From the NCBI GenBank assembly GCA_963845065.1, contig CAWJQQ010000001.1, forward strand, positions 1,184,001 through 1,248,000: a stretch of 64,000 nucleotides of DNA, in the 5' to 3' direction. This stretch comes from Nitrospirota bacterium. Its GTDB lineage: Bacteria; Nitrospirota; UBA9217. Below are positions 28,867 to 39,224 of the stretch, piece after piece. Below the pieces are notes generated by a model that did no database searches, had not been told where the DNA came from, and saw nothing but the letters and a program-made list of their open reading frames with translations. The position numbers and the translations under genes were made by a program. Position 1 is the first letter of the stretch. Each line of letters opens with the position of its first letter.

Positions 28867-30674
28867 ATTTTCCCTGTCACATCCTTTTTAAACACGAAAG
28901 TGGCAAACGTATACTGGCATCCTGCATAAGTAAAGTCCGGATTTGGGCACGCCCACTGTGGTGTATCAACAAGAGCGCAATCCTTCAACAGCGGCTGTAA
29001 TCTTTCTCGAAAATCTTTCTGCGTGTAGAGACGAAAATCTTCCGGCGGTATCCGTTCTCCAAGCTTATACTGATCATTATAATCGCAGGTTATAATGGCT
29101 ATGCCACCCGGCGCAAGCAAATCTACAACCTGTGTAATGAAAAGCTCATCTTTTTTGACATGCTCGATAACTGATGTCGAAAATATAACATCATAGCTTC
29201 CCTTGGCGGTCGTCGGTTTATGAAAGAAGGCATTGAGGTCGTAATTCAACACCGGATCGACTTCATCCATCTTGAAGCCTATTTTTTTTAAGGTTGCGGC
29301 TGCAGTGTCATCATAACTTCCGACACACAGCATTTTTGGAGAATCAAGCGATGAAGCTGATGAAGCTAAGGTATAAACGGTGTCCAGGACAAAGGCCTGC
29401 TGGATGTTAGCTTTGCGAAGCTTATGGGCCATCATTTCTGGAACGATTTCAAATAATTTGTTGATTATCGGTTCATATTGTCGTCTAGCCGTGTCGTCTA
29501 AAATTCTATTGTACTGTTTTTTGCCCGGAAGGGGCATCAATGAATATTCTTTGCGTTGCATAGCAAAGGGCTGGTGGATATCTTTATGAATTTGGGGGGT
29601 CCATGATTCTGTCTGTTCGGTGACGGAGCTTCGTACCCGGTTGCGAATGACCGAGAACAGCGACCTGATGATCGGAAGGGTCAATTTGCGACGAGGACTT
29701 CTCATTGTATCAGTAAGTATTCTTTCAATGATTCTTTCGTAATCCCATATCAGATTTTCTTCGCACCACTCTTGCCGGTAAGGCAGAAGCGGTTCAACAC
29801 CGTTCTGTACTATTTGCCTCAGTGTCGAATCATTGATGCATATGGAGGGGGTTGCCGCATAAAGGTGCCTGAACATATCGCTTCGCGAAATGGCGATGGG
29901 CCGATCAACTGCAAGCGCCAAATCGATCACGCTCGATATACCCCGGCCTTTGTTTTCTTCGTAAAAAAAAGCATTGATAGTATTTTGTGCCAAAAAGTCC
30001 AATAACTGCTTCTTGTTGAGAAAATCATGGCCAATAACGAGTTTTATCAGAGGCTTAACGATCAATCCGCGACACCGTTCAGCTATCGCACGCGCTTCAC
30101 TTCCCGTCGCGTCGCCAAAGGCAGCGTACGGAATATGGAGACGTATCTGCGCTTCATCAAACTCTTGCTGTATAACTGTAATGAGGCGTTCAAACCCCTT
30201 TCCTTTGGTTCCGAAGCCAAAACTACCAATGGTCGGTATGGTGGGCGGCTGGAAGATGTTGTTGTAGTCAGGAACGAGTCTACCTGTCTTAAACATAAGA
30301 GGGTTTTTCAGCAAGAGGGTCGGGTCCGGCGCGATATGGAATTGGAAAAAAGAATTATCTGCTTTATCCGCTGCCTGTTGAGTGACTTCATGCATGATTC
30401 CTATATGTGGCACCTTAATGTGCCTCATGATTTTCTTTTTCAGCCAGGGCATCGTTGAGGGGTAGTAATTGTAAATAATCGCGGTGGGATTCATGTGAGC
30501 CGTTATCGCGAAGAACTCATCGGGATCAGAGCATTCGGCATATGTAAAGTCATAACGAGCGGACTTCCGCACCGCTGCGGCGATGTTGAGGCCGTACTCG
30601 TGGACACCACATAGTTGCTGTTTATGAGAAATGAATAGGACTTTTGGTCGTTGCAAATTTTCAATCGGTTTCAT
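28863..30674 (-). CDS. GT-B-like domain fused to a class I SAM methyltransferase domain
   Basis: N-terminal CGVHEY...SFGFG..KGFE...GISSVIDLALA; C-terminal LCVGS, FSTSVIEHV, LAPGG; start ATG 30674 (track ORF begins 30773). Confidence 0.65.
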   Translation of the reverse strand: MKPIENLQRPKVLFISHKQQLCGVHEYGLNIAAAVRKSARYDFTYAECSDPDEFFAITAHMNPTAIIYNYYPSTMPWLKKKIMRHIKVPHIGIMHEVTQQAADKADNSFFQFHIAPDPTLLLKNPLMFKTGRLVPDYNNIFQPPTIPTIGSFGFGTKGKGFERLITVIQQEFDEAQIRLHIPYAAFGDATGSEARAIAERCRGLIVKPLIKLVIGHDFLNKKQLLDFLAQNTINAFFYEENKGRGISSVIDLALAVDRPIAISRSDMFRHLYAATPSICINDSTLRQIVQNGVEPLLPYRQEWCEENLIWDYERIIERILTDTMRSPRRKLTLPIIRSLFSVIRNRVRSSVTEQTESWTPQIHKDIHQPFAMQRKEYSLMPLPGKKQYNRILDDTARRQYEPIINKLFEIVPEMMAHKLRKANIQQAFVLDTVYTLASSASSLDSPKMLCVGSYDDTAAATLKKIGFKMDEVDPVLNYDLNAFFHKPTTAKGSYDVIFSTSVIEHVKKDELFITQVVDLLAPGGIAIITCDYNDQYKLGERIPPEDFRLYTQKDFRERLQPLLKDCALVDTPQWACPNPDFTYAGCQYTFATFVFKKDVTGKI

Positions 30675-30921
30675 GCTTTCCGCCTTTTCATTAAACGCAT
30701 GGCTGTTTTTTTTCGCTAAAATAAGAGAGAATGCACCGCTGTTCAAAGAGCGGGCCGACCTGTTTATCGACAAGATCTAAGTATTTATTACGCTCGAGGT
30801 TCAAGAGAGCTAGTATTTTGCGACCTTGTTTTGTTTACAGCAAATGATTTAAGGGTTGCCTATGTATACGCTTTTCTGAGCTTTGCATGAACGCTTTAGT
30901 CCCAGCTCATCAGTGTTAAGG

Positions 30922-32160
30922 TTACACAATCTCAATTTCCGGAAACGGAAATATCATCTTCCCGCCGCTAGTCAAATACTCTTTTTCACGTCGAAGAATT
31001 CCGTCCTTGAAGTGCCAGGGAAGCACCAGAAAATAATCTGGCTTCATTGCCCGTGCCTCCTGCTCAGATATAATCGGTATATGCGTCCCCGGTGTGAAAC
31101 AGCCGAATTTATCAGGATTGACTTCCGCAATGGCGGGGATATCTTTCTTGGTAAAGCCGCAAAACTGGAGAACTACATTCCCTTTTGTTGAGGCACCGTA
31201 ACCGAGGATCTTTTTGCCGTCTGCATTTAAAGCCCGGATCAACCGGGTGAGATCATCCCGATGGCGGAAAACGCGTTCTTCGAAATCACGGTAGGGGCGG
31301 GGAGTATTTAGCCCCATTCGATGTTCCTGTTCAAGCAGCCAGTCTATGACCGCGAGGTTCTGCACGATATCGGAATTCTCGACCTTGGCTGCGGTAACGG
31401 CAAAACTGCCGCCGTTGATTGCATTCATAACGACATCCACAATCTTTAGTCCTGCCTTCTCTAGGATATTCTTGACTACTCCGAGCGAATAATATTCGAG
31501 GTGTTCATGGCATATCGTGTCATAGGAATTCATACGGAGCATCGAGGGCATGTAGCTTTGTTCAAAATGCCATATTCCATCATTGGCAAGGATTGATTCT
31601 ATCTGTTTGACAAATGTTACCGGGGCATCTAGGTCGTAAAACATTGCAATGGACGTGACAATGCTGGCTTGTTGGGATTCAACGGCACGATAGGCAGTGG
31701 CCGAGAAAAAGTCTGGGATCAACTTGATGTCGTCGATGTAGTATTGGGCGAACTTCTTCCCTGTAGGATCAATACCGATTCTTTTGATCCCGGGTGTAGA
31801 ATAAGCTTTCAACGTGGTGGCGTCATTGCTTCCGATGTCGACAACGCAGTCTCCAGGCTTCAAGTTTATCATGCGCTCCAGATAGCGAATTTTTTCCGTA
31901 AGATGGTTTACCATCGATTGATTGAGCCCTGAGCGGTAGCCGTAATTCTGGCCGTACATTTCACTAGAATCATAGGAATGCCTGAGTTGCAGCAGTTCGC
32001 CATCAGGACACCAGACGAGTTCAAGCGGGCCGGAGGTGATGTGTTCAGATGTACTTTTCGGGAATACCCCGGTTAGGACCTGATGGCCTAGATTGAGAAC
32101 TGACACCAAGTTTTTGCTTCCGCTCACTCGGCATTTTACGATTTCTTTATACGCAGTCAT
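30922..32160 (-). CDS. NDP-hexose 3-C-methyltransferase (TylCIII/NovU/TcaB9 family)
   Basis: YGYRSG, DIGSND, ICHEHLEYYS, NGGSF, YGASTKGN, TPGTHIPI, LPWHFK. Confidence 0.88.
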   Translation of the reverse strand: MTAYKEIVKCRVSGSKNLVSVLNLGHQVLTGVFPKSTSEHITSGPLELVWCPDGELLQLRHSYDSSEMYGQNYGYRSGLNQSMVNHLTEKIRYLERMINLKPGDCVVDIGSNDATTLKAYSTPGIKRIGIDPTGKKFAQYYIDDIKLIPDFFSATAYRAVESQQASIVTSIAMFYDLDAPVTFVKQIESILANDGIWHFEQSYMPSMLRMNSYDTICHEHLEYYSLGVVKNILEKAGLKIVDVVMNAINGGSFAVTAAKVENSDIVQNLAVIDWLLEQEHRMGLNTPRPYRDFEERVFRHRDDLTRLIRALNADGKKILGYGASTKGNVVLQFCGFTKKDIPAIAEVNPDKFGCFTPGTHIPIISEQEARAMKPDYFLVLPWHFKDGILRREKEYLTSGGKMIFPFPEIEIV

Positions 32161-32261
32161 AAAGAGCCTCCTATAAGAAAGCTACGCTAATAGCACAAAA
32201 TCTAATTTTGAAAATATTCTTACCTTTAAGAGAGCTTACTATTTATGAGTAACATAGATCA

Positions 32262-33776
32262 TCAAATCCAGATCGACTTAGCTTTGGTCATTTGAATGAT
32301 CACCCAAGTCCTCATATGTCCGGCTACCAAAGCTGCTAACGCGAACGCCACCAAAAGCACACAGGAGATGCCTATTATTGCCATTATGGGCGTCATCTGG
32401 TTGTTAATGAACCATCTCCCCAATCCAACCGTCAACATCGCTGCCAATGCAGGCGGGCCAACATCCTTGGTAAGCCAGCTCATCATTTCGCCCCTCAGCA
32501 AACGACGATGTGTGAGTGGAACCCCGATCGCCATATTAATGCAGTTTAAAGCCACCCATACTGTAGCTGCCCCAACTGCACCGTACCTGGCAGTCATAAA
32601 AAAAATTGCCGGAACAAGGATGATGATTAAAAACGTGTTAATGCGAAGCCCAATGCCGGTCCACCCATGTGACAATTGCAGAGCATAGGGTAAAACCATG
32701 AGGGCGTTAATGGCCATGCCTATCACGAGGACGCTAACGATAGGGGAGGCCATCCCGGCAGTCTTTGCATTTCCAGTCCATAACAGCAGGATGTCGAATG
32801 AGAAGACCGCCAGCACAGTAGCTACCGGTAGGACAAGCACCGCCATGAGTTGGGAACTTTGATGATATAAGATTTTGAGAGCCGAGTCGTCATTCGTGGC
32901 AACGAGCGATGTGAAACGTGGGAACAGCGCATTAAACATGGGGCTGACCAGCAGGAACGGGATCACACTGCTTGCCACACCTGCCAACGTATAGTATCCG
33001 AACATCTCCAGGCTCAGCAGTTTGCTCAGGATCACCTTGTCCATCTGCGACAGGATGATACCGCTAAGGGTGATCCCGCCCATACCCGCAGCAAAACGCG
33101 AGATATTGCGGAGAAGACGCGGGTTAAAGACCGGGGAACGATCAGATGGCGGCAGGCTGTGCCAAAGAAGGATCGTCAGGAGGGTAACAGATAGTGCGTT
33201 TACGATAATTTGCCAGGTGAAATAAGCAGTGATCGTCGGAGAAACTTTCCAGAGAATGAACACGGAACCGCAAATGCCGAGTGTGGAAATACCGATTTTT
33301 ATGACGTTTAACAATACCTGGCGCTGTAGGCCCATGAGTCCCCCTTCGTAAAAACTGAAGGGCCACTGAAGGGCGGTCAAGATACCCATGATCAATACGG
33401 CGTGTTGGACAGTTTCGACGGGGATTGAACCTGGCTTGATCCAGTGTCTTGCAATGAACGGCGATAGTATTAATATTGCGATGCCGATGATTATTCCGAT
33501 CGCCCAATAGCCGATTTCCAAAGTCCTCACAATATCACGAGCTTCGCTCGATTTTTCCGGCAGAGTGGAATATCGTGCCATTTCCCGGTTCATGGTCTGA
33601 CTTAGGCCCAGATCAAGTATCTGAAACGCGGCCTGAAGCATGGCATAAAAACCGATCAATCCGTATGCCTCGATGCCGAGAAACTTGATATACAATGGAA
33701 CAAAAGCCAGAGCCATCAGGGCTGTCCAGCCTTGGCCGGCAAAATTGGCGACAAGGTTAAACTTCAGACGCGTCAT
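32262..33776 (-). CDS. wzx: Wzx-type polysaccharide flippase
   Basis: About 14 TM segments; P.Y...LG.EAYGL, LDLGL, QMDKVILSKLL...FGYY. Confidence 0.85.
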   Translation of the reverse strand: MTRLKFNLVANFAGQGWTALMALAFVPLYIKFLGIEAYGLIGFYAMLQAAFQILDLGLSQTMNREMARYSTLPEKSSEARDIVRTLEIGYWAIGIIIGIAILILSPFIARHWIKPGSIPVETVQHAVLIMGILTALQWPFSFYEGGLMGLQRQVLLNVIKIGISTLGICGSVFILWKVSPTITAYFTWQIIVNALSVTLLTILLWHSLPPSDRSPVFNPRLLRNISRFAAGMGGITLSGIILSQMDKVILSKLLSLEMFGYYTLAGVASSVIPFLLVSPMFNALFPRFTSLVATNDDSALKILYHQSSQLMAVLVLPVATVLAVFSFDILLLWTGNAKTAGMASPIVSVLVIGMAINALMVLPYALQLSHGWTGIGLRINTFLIIILVPAIFFMTARYGAVGAATVWVALNCINMAIGVPLTHRRLLRGEMMSWLTKDVGPPALAAMLTVGLGRWFINNQMTPIMAIIGISCVLLVAFALAALVAGHMRTWVIIQMTKAKSIWI

Positions 33777-33785
33777 AAATCGGCC

Positions 33786-34736
33786 TCATTTACGTAAGGC
33801 AAGATTGCCAAGAAAATCCTTATAAGTTTTCCTGAGTCCTTCTTCCAACGAAGTTTTGTGTTTCCATCCAAATTTGTGGAGACGGGAAACGTCCAAGAGC
33901 TTACGCGGAGTCCCATCTGGTTTGGCTGGATCAAAAACAATATCCCCTTTAAAACCAACAGTAATCTTGATCAATTCGGCTAGTTCTCTAATAGTGCAAT
34001 CTTCACCAATGCCTATATTTATCAGTTCACCGAGATCTTGAACGGCAATATGTTCCATGAGAAAAACGCATGCATCGGCCATATCGTCTACGTACATGAA
34101 TTCTCGCCGTGGAGCGCCAGTACCCCATACAGTTACTATTGATTGTTGCGCAAGCTTGACTTCGTGGAAACGTCGCAATAACATCGGGATAGCATGGGCA
34201 TTTTCCGGATGGTAGTTGTCGTTTGGGCCGTACAAATTCGTGGGCATAACGGAAATGAAATTTGTACCGTATTGCCGGTTCATTGCACTGCAGAGCTTGA
34301 TGCCCGCAATTTTTGCTATAGCATAGGCTTCATTAGTCGGTTCAAGAGGGGCTGTCAAAAGATATTCTTCTTTGAGGGGTTGAGGCGCTAGCTTTGGGTA
34401 GATGCAGCTCGAACCGAGAAACAGGAGTTTCAGCACGCCGTGGCGCCAAGCTGCTTCAATAACATTATTTTGAACTTTTAAGTTGTCTAATAAAAACTCT
34501 ACAGGATAGGTATTGTTGGCATAAATACCTCCCACCCTGGCTGCGGCCAGGTACACTATGTCAGGTTGTTCAGATCGAAAAAAACTATCAACGGCAGTCG
34601 GGTTGAGAAGGTCTAGTTCTGCACGGTTACGAGTTATGATGTGCCGATAACCGCCACTGATCAAACGGCGATACAAAGCACTGCCGACGAGTCCGTTATG
34701 TCCGGCGACGAATACTTTATGCTGTGTAAAATCCAT
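33786..34736 (-). CDS. fcl: GDP-L-fucose synthase (epimerase/reductase)
   Basis: [53 protein letters not shown]. Confidence 0.95.
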   Translation of the reverse strand: MDFTQHKVFVAGHNGLVGSALYRRLISGGYRHIITRNRAELDLLNPTAVDSFFRSEQPDIVYLAAARVGGIYANNTYPVEFLLDNLKVQNNVIEAAWRHGVLKLLFLGSSCIYPKLAPQPLKEEYLLTAPLEPTNEAYAIAKIAGIKLCSAMNRQYGTNFISVMPTNLYGPNDNYHPENAHAIPMLLRRFHEVKLAQQSIVTVWGTGAPRREFMYVDDMADACVFLMEHIAVQDLGELINIGIGEDCTIRELAELIKITVGFKGDIVFDPAKPDGTPRKLLDVSRLHKFGWKHKTSLEEGLRKTYKDFLGNLALRK

Positions 34737-34800
34737 TATAGCTCCGGTAAATAAATGATTTTATGTGTATTTATATACGCTGAAGCAAATCGATTGTACT

Positions 34801-35427
34801 TCATGGTAAATTCAGCTTCTCAGTGAAAATAAGCTGAATGTCATTCTTGTTGACCTCAGCATTTATTAATGCGCGTAAAATGCTTTCCTGCTTTAAATAT
34901 GAAGACACCACGACGATATCATAGCTTAGACTCGTGATAGTGCGTATGGGCCTGATGTTTCTGCCGAAAAATATCTTTCCATCGGTTTCATCGTCCACGA
35001 CGCCGACAAGATCTAAATCGGTTTCATCCAAGGTAATGTAGGCAATTTCCGCCACTTCATCAACGCCAGCAAAGACAATCTTGCGTGAGCCCCTATTCGC
35101 CAGTTCGCAAAATACCTTTTTCAAGTTATTTCTCGCTTCCCGGTATATACGCGTATAATCCTGAAGCAGGTCGTACGTGAGACGTGACTTTTCTACAAGG
35201 CCTTTCGGTGTCAAATAATATGCATATCGTTTAGGAGGAATCGAAGTAACGGTTAAATAACCTTTCGCAACAAGATTTTTGATATAGGAATTAACAAGTC
35301 CGAGAGCAATGCCAAGACGCTTGCTCAAATCGCGTTGCGTGATGGAATCGTTACAGGAAAGCTCGTCGAGGATTTGAAGAGACCTGAATTGGTCCGCCCC
35401 GGATGGGGACGACCGGTTTATGTTCAT
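34801..35427 (-). CDS. Winged-helix (MarR-like, EPS-associated) regulator with C-terminal Rossmann-like domain
   Basis: TQRDLSKRLGIALGLVN.YIK, YYLTPKGLVEKSRL; heads the polysaccharide operon. Confidence 0.85.
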   Translation of the reverse strand: MNINRSSPSGADQFRSLQILDELSCNDSITQRDLSKRLGIALGLVNSYIKNLVAKGYLTVTSIPPKRYAYYLTPKGLVEKSRLTYDLLQDYTRIYREARNNLKKVFCELANRGSRKIVFAGVDEVAEIAYITLDETDLDLVGVVDDETDGKIFFGRNIRPIRTITSLSYDIVVVSSYLKQESILRALINAEVNKNDIQLIFTEKLNLP

Positions 35428-35462
35428 GAAATGAACATACCATGCGGCAATTACTATGTCAA
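35419..35462 (-). promoter_or_regulatory. Sigma70 promoter and inverted-repeat operator of the EPS regulator
   Basis: Minus strand TTGACA (35462-35457), 17 nt, TATGTT (35439-35434); perfect inverted repeat TATGTTCAT-gaa-ATGAACATA at 35419-35439. Confidence 0.7.
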
Positions 35463-35616
35463 GAATTAGTTATTTTGTTCTACAATTCTATCAAGAATTG
35501 CATTGAATTCATGGCGAAAAGCGATTAATAACTTTACACTCTGTGATAGTAATGATATTATTTAGTTCGATTTCAATTGAATTGAAGAGATTTTTTTTAC
35601 AAGAGAGGATTGCTTG

Positions 35617-36573
35617 ATGGAGCCGAAGGTTTGTTTGGCGCTTGGAGGAGGGGCTGCGAGAGGGCTTGCCCATCTCGGTGTACTCAAGGTCTTTGAAAAC
35701 GCCAAGGTCCCGATCGACATGATCGCCGGTACGAGTCTGGGTGCTTTGATCGGCGGAATGTATGCAACCAATCCTGACGCTACATACTGGATCGGACGGG
35801 TTGATCAGTACCTCCGCAGCTTCCGCTCCCGTAAAACACGTTTGGAATTCCTTAAGAAGCTTGAAACACCGGCAAATAATCACAGGGGATTTTTTAGTGA
35901 CATGGCAGTTATGCTTAGAAAAGGTTATTTTTGGGGCGTCACAGCTACGAACTCTGCTTTTATCGGCGAGAAAGAATATCAGGACCTGATCTATCCACTG
36001 ATTCCCGATATATCCTTCGAAGAGACCAAAATCCCTTTTAGCTGCGTCGCTACGGACATCCGCAACGGTAAACGCGTCATGTATACTACGGGACGGCTCC
36101 GTACGGCCATCAGCGCAAGTTGCGCCTTGCCTGGCATTTTTCCCCCTGTCATAGACGACGGCATGGCACTCGTAGACGGAGGATGGGTGGAACGCGTGCC
36201 TGTACTATGCGCGCAGGACATGGGCGCCGATATAGTAATAGCAGTCGACGTCTCGAGCGACGTTGCAACGTTTGAAGAAAAATCGGGCCTTGATGTCGTG
36301 CTCCGCGCCGATGCAGTTTCCAGAATATTCCTTAACGAGATACTCGCCCAACAAGCTGATGTGGTGATCCATCCGGCAGTGGGGACAACGCATTGGGCAG
36401 ACTTCAGCAATTCCAAAGAACTGGTCACTGCAGGCGAGAATGCAGCACTCGGGAAACTGATCGCCATCCGCACTGTAATCCATCGGGCCAGTTTGCCTCC
36501 GAAAAAACTTACTGAGCATCTCCGTTCGATAAAGGATAAGATTATCGAAAAAGTAATTGGCACAAAGTCATAG
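35617..36573 (+). CDS. Patatin-like phospholipase (RssA/NTE family)
   Basis: LGGGAARG, GTSLG (nucleophile), VDGG. Confidence 0.9.
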   Translation: MEPKVCLALGGGAARGLAHLGVLKVFENAKVPIDMIAGTSLGALIGGMYATNPDATYWIGRVDQYLRSFRSRKTRLEFLKKLETPANNHRGFFSDMAVMLRKGYFWGVTATNSAFIGEKEYQDLIYPLIPDISFEETKIPFSCVATDIRNGKRVMYTTGRLRTAISASCALPGIFPPVIDDGMALVDGGWVERVPVLCAQDMGADIVIAVDVSSDVATFEEKSGLDVVLRADAVSRIFLNEILAQQADVVIHPAVGTTHWADFSNSKELVTAGENAALGKLIAIRTVIHRASLPPKKLTEHLRSIKDKIIEKVIGTKS

Positions 36574-36754
36574 GAACATGCCATCAAGTCCATACACTTC
36601 AAATTGGCTTGGCGTGCAAAGAACGATCCGCTTTTCATCCTCACATACTTTTGATTCCGTAGATGCATGATCCAAAAGAAACGTCCAACAGCTTTTTTCA
36701 TTGTATACGCTAATTTCACCAGACAATGTTGAATGTTTTCGCTATAATATCGGT

Positions 36755-37465
36755 ATGAACATACCACTCGTGATCGGCCATCGCGGAGACGCCTCGGAAT
36801 CCCTGGAAAATTCACTTGAGTCCGTTCACTGGGCACTTTCTTATCCCGTTGACATGATTGAACTTGACGTGCGTAAGAGCCTCGACAATGTGCTCTACAT
36901 AATGCACGACAAAATGACCGGACGGACCGCGGAGAAAAGCATTAACATCGAACATGCGACGTCCGACGTGATTGACAAGCTGAAACTGATAAACGGCGAA
37001 GCTATCCCGACGATTGAAGACATAATAAAGACAGTCGCAGGCTCAGCTGGGCTAAACTTTGAGATAAAGAGCAGCGGTGCGGGAGTATTAATCGCTCAAT
37101 ATTTTGCATCATCATATTACCCGGGCTATGTTTTTTTGTCATCTTTCGAAGAAGATGAGGTTCGTGCGGTGCGGCACATCATGCCCACAATGCCGACAGC
37201 AGTGATCTATGATGTATTTTCGACCCATGATGTAACCAATTATAAAAAACAAGGATATAGAATTATCAGCCTGCGGAAAAATACTGTAAGTGAAAAAATT
37301 ATCACGGCCTGCCATGAGGAAAGGATAGACGTGTATGTCTGGACCGTGGATGACGAGGATGAGATGCAAAAGTTTATCTCCTTGGGGGTGGATGGTATAT
37401 ATTCAAATAGGCCGGGAGTGTTGAAGACGCTGTTGATGAGGCGCGAAACAGCGTCGGAAGGTTAG
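36755..37465 (+). CDS. glpQ: Glycerophosphodiester phosphodiesterase
   Basis: IGHRG, EN, IELDV, MHD, FEIK, WTVD, GVDGIYSN. Confidence 0.9.
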   Translation: MNIPLVIGHRGDASESLENSLESVHWALSYPVDMIELDVRKSLDNVLYIMHDKMTGRTAEKSINIEHATSDVIDKLKLINGEAIPTIEDIIKTVAGSAGLNFEIKSSGAGVLIAQYFASSYYPGYVFLSSFEEDEVRAVRHIMPTMPTAVIYDVFSTHDVTNYKKQGYRIISLRKNTVSEKIITACHEERIDVYVWTVDDEDEMQKFISLGVDGIYSNRPGVLKTLLMRRETASEG

Positions 37466-37608
37466 AAAATCAGCAATGGAAACCCCGCATTCTTGCGCGG
37501 CGGAATCTACCAATCCTCACAATAGGCCGCATCGGAAACAGCACAGATTTCGTTAAGGGATTTTTACACTGGTAGTCGACAACCAATCGTTCAACTCCAT
37601 TATCCACT

Positions 37609-39204
37609 ATGCAAGAAAATGATCAGATCTTCGACATTATCATTATCGGTGGAGGCATCACTGGAGCAGGTGTCGCACGTGATGCCTCTCTGCGTGGTCT
37701 TACGTGCCTGCTGCTCGAAAAAGGAGATTATGCGTCGGGTGTAACTTCGAAATCGACCCGCTTGATCCACGGCGGGCTTCGATACCTCGCCAATTTCGAG
37801 ATAGACTTAGTCGCAGAGTCGCTTCGAGAACGGGCTATCCTCCGCAGACAAGCGCCTTACCTCATTCACCCAATTCCGATTTTAATTCCCATCTATAATG
37901 GCGACCCCCATGGAAGAGCAGTCATTTCCATTGGAATCCACCTTTACGATCTGCTTTCGCATGACAAAGATATTCCCCATTACTTTACTTCCAATAGAGA
38001 AAAAACACTCGGATTCGAGCCGCGTCTGAACCAGGAAGGTCTAGCGGGTAGTGCATTATTTTACGACCATCAAATCCTAATGCCCGAAAGGCTTGTGCTC
38101 GAAAATGTGATTTCTGCGAGAATGGCTGGAGCTAAACTTTTGAATTATGTCAGGGCCGATAAGATCGAAGAAACGAATGAAAATATTGTTGTGACTGCCA
38201 CGGACACACTTTTGGGAGCGAGACATGCCTACCGCTCAAAAGTCCTGATCAACGCTGCAGGGCCCTGGATCGATGCTGTAAGACAGGCGGGAAACATCGA
38301 CCAGCGAAAGATCATCTATCCAACGAAAGGCATCCACATTGTGATGCCAAAACTCAGCGATCAGGCGCTCTTTGTGACCTCGCGAGACGAGCGGATGTTC
38401 TTCATTATTCCCTTTGGTGGATATTCCCTCATCGGGACGACGGACACCAAATATGATGGGGATCTTGACGAGGTCCATGCAAACAGAAATGACATTGATT
38501 ATCTGCTTACCGAAAGCAAACGCGTCTTGCCTCAATTGAATATCACGCGTGACGCGATCCTATATACCTATGCGGGCATCAGGCCTCTAGCATTCTCAGG
38601 CAGGAGCGAATCAAAAATATCCCGGAAGCACCGGATCGTCAAAGAAGGGCGGTCCGGAAGAATCATCACCATCGCTGGTGGAAAACTCACGACATATCGT
38701 AATATGGCTAAAGACGTAATCGATGCAACATGCGATGCCCTCCGTATCAGAGCAGAATGCTCTACCGACCAGAAACCCCTCGCCGGAAGTTTGCCTATGG
38801 AACATGATCTTTATTCGAAAGAAGCGGTACCGGAGTTATCCTCCCGCTACAGCGTATCACCTGAACTTATAAACCATCTCATAAGTCTCTATGGTTCGAG
38901 AACAGACCGCGTGCTCGAACTAATGAAAACGGATACAGTTTTACGAGAGACGATATCGCGGCAAAGCCCGGACATTTATGCACAGGTCATTTATAGTGTG
39001 AGAGAAGAGGATGCAAAAACGCTATCCGACATCATCCTTCGGAGGATGCATATCGGTATAACAGCCTCCCGCGGCGTCAAAGAGGTGGAGAAAATCGCCG
39101 AGATAGCCGGCAAGGAACTAGGATGGAATGTTGATGAACAACGTCATCACATAGCAGAGTATATCAAGGCACTTGCCAAAGAAACAGAATGCCTCATGTC
39201 GTGA
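37609..39204 (+). CDS. glpD: FAD-dependent glycerol-3-phosphate dehydrogenase
   Basis: IGGGITGAG.ARDA, SKSTRLIHGGLRYL, INAAGPW, IGTTD, AGIRPL, GGKLTTYR. Confidence 0.93.
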   Translation: MQENDQIFDIIIIGGGITGAGVARDASLRGLTCLLLEKGDYASGVTSKSTRLIHGGLRYLANFEIDLVAESLRERAILRRQAPYLIHPIPILIPIYNGDPHGRAVISIGIHLYDLLSHDKDIPHYFTSNREKTLGFEPRLNQEGLAGSALFYDHQILMPERLVLENVISARMAGAKLLNYVRADKIEETNENIVVTATDTLLGARHAYRSKVLINAAGPWIDAVRQAGNIDQRKIIYPTKGIHIVMPKLSDQALFVTSRDERMFFIIPFGGYSLIGTTDTKYDGDLDEVHANRNDIDYLLTESKRVLPQLNITRDAILYTYAGIRPLAFSGRSESKISRKHRIVKEGRSGRIITIAGGKLTTYRNMAKDVIDATCDALRIRAECSTDQKPLAGSLPMEHDLYSKEAVPELSSRYSVSPELINHLISLYGSRTDRVLELMKTDTVLRETISRQSPDIYAQVIYSVREEDAKTLSDIILRRMHIGITASRGVKEVEKIAEIAGKELGWNVDEQRHHIAEYIKALAKETECLMS

Positions 39205-39224
39205 TTCTAATTGCGCAATATCAA

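Noticed and set aside
35991..36836. 281-aa minus-strand ORF
   Set aside because: Antisense shadow of the patatin gene and its flanks; no recognisable motif
37483..37503. GC-rich CCCCGCA...TGCGCGG short hairpin after glpQ
   Set aside because: Imperfect, single copy, no U-tract; cannot support a REP or terminator call
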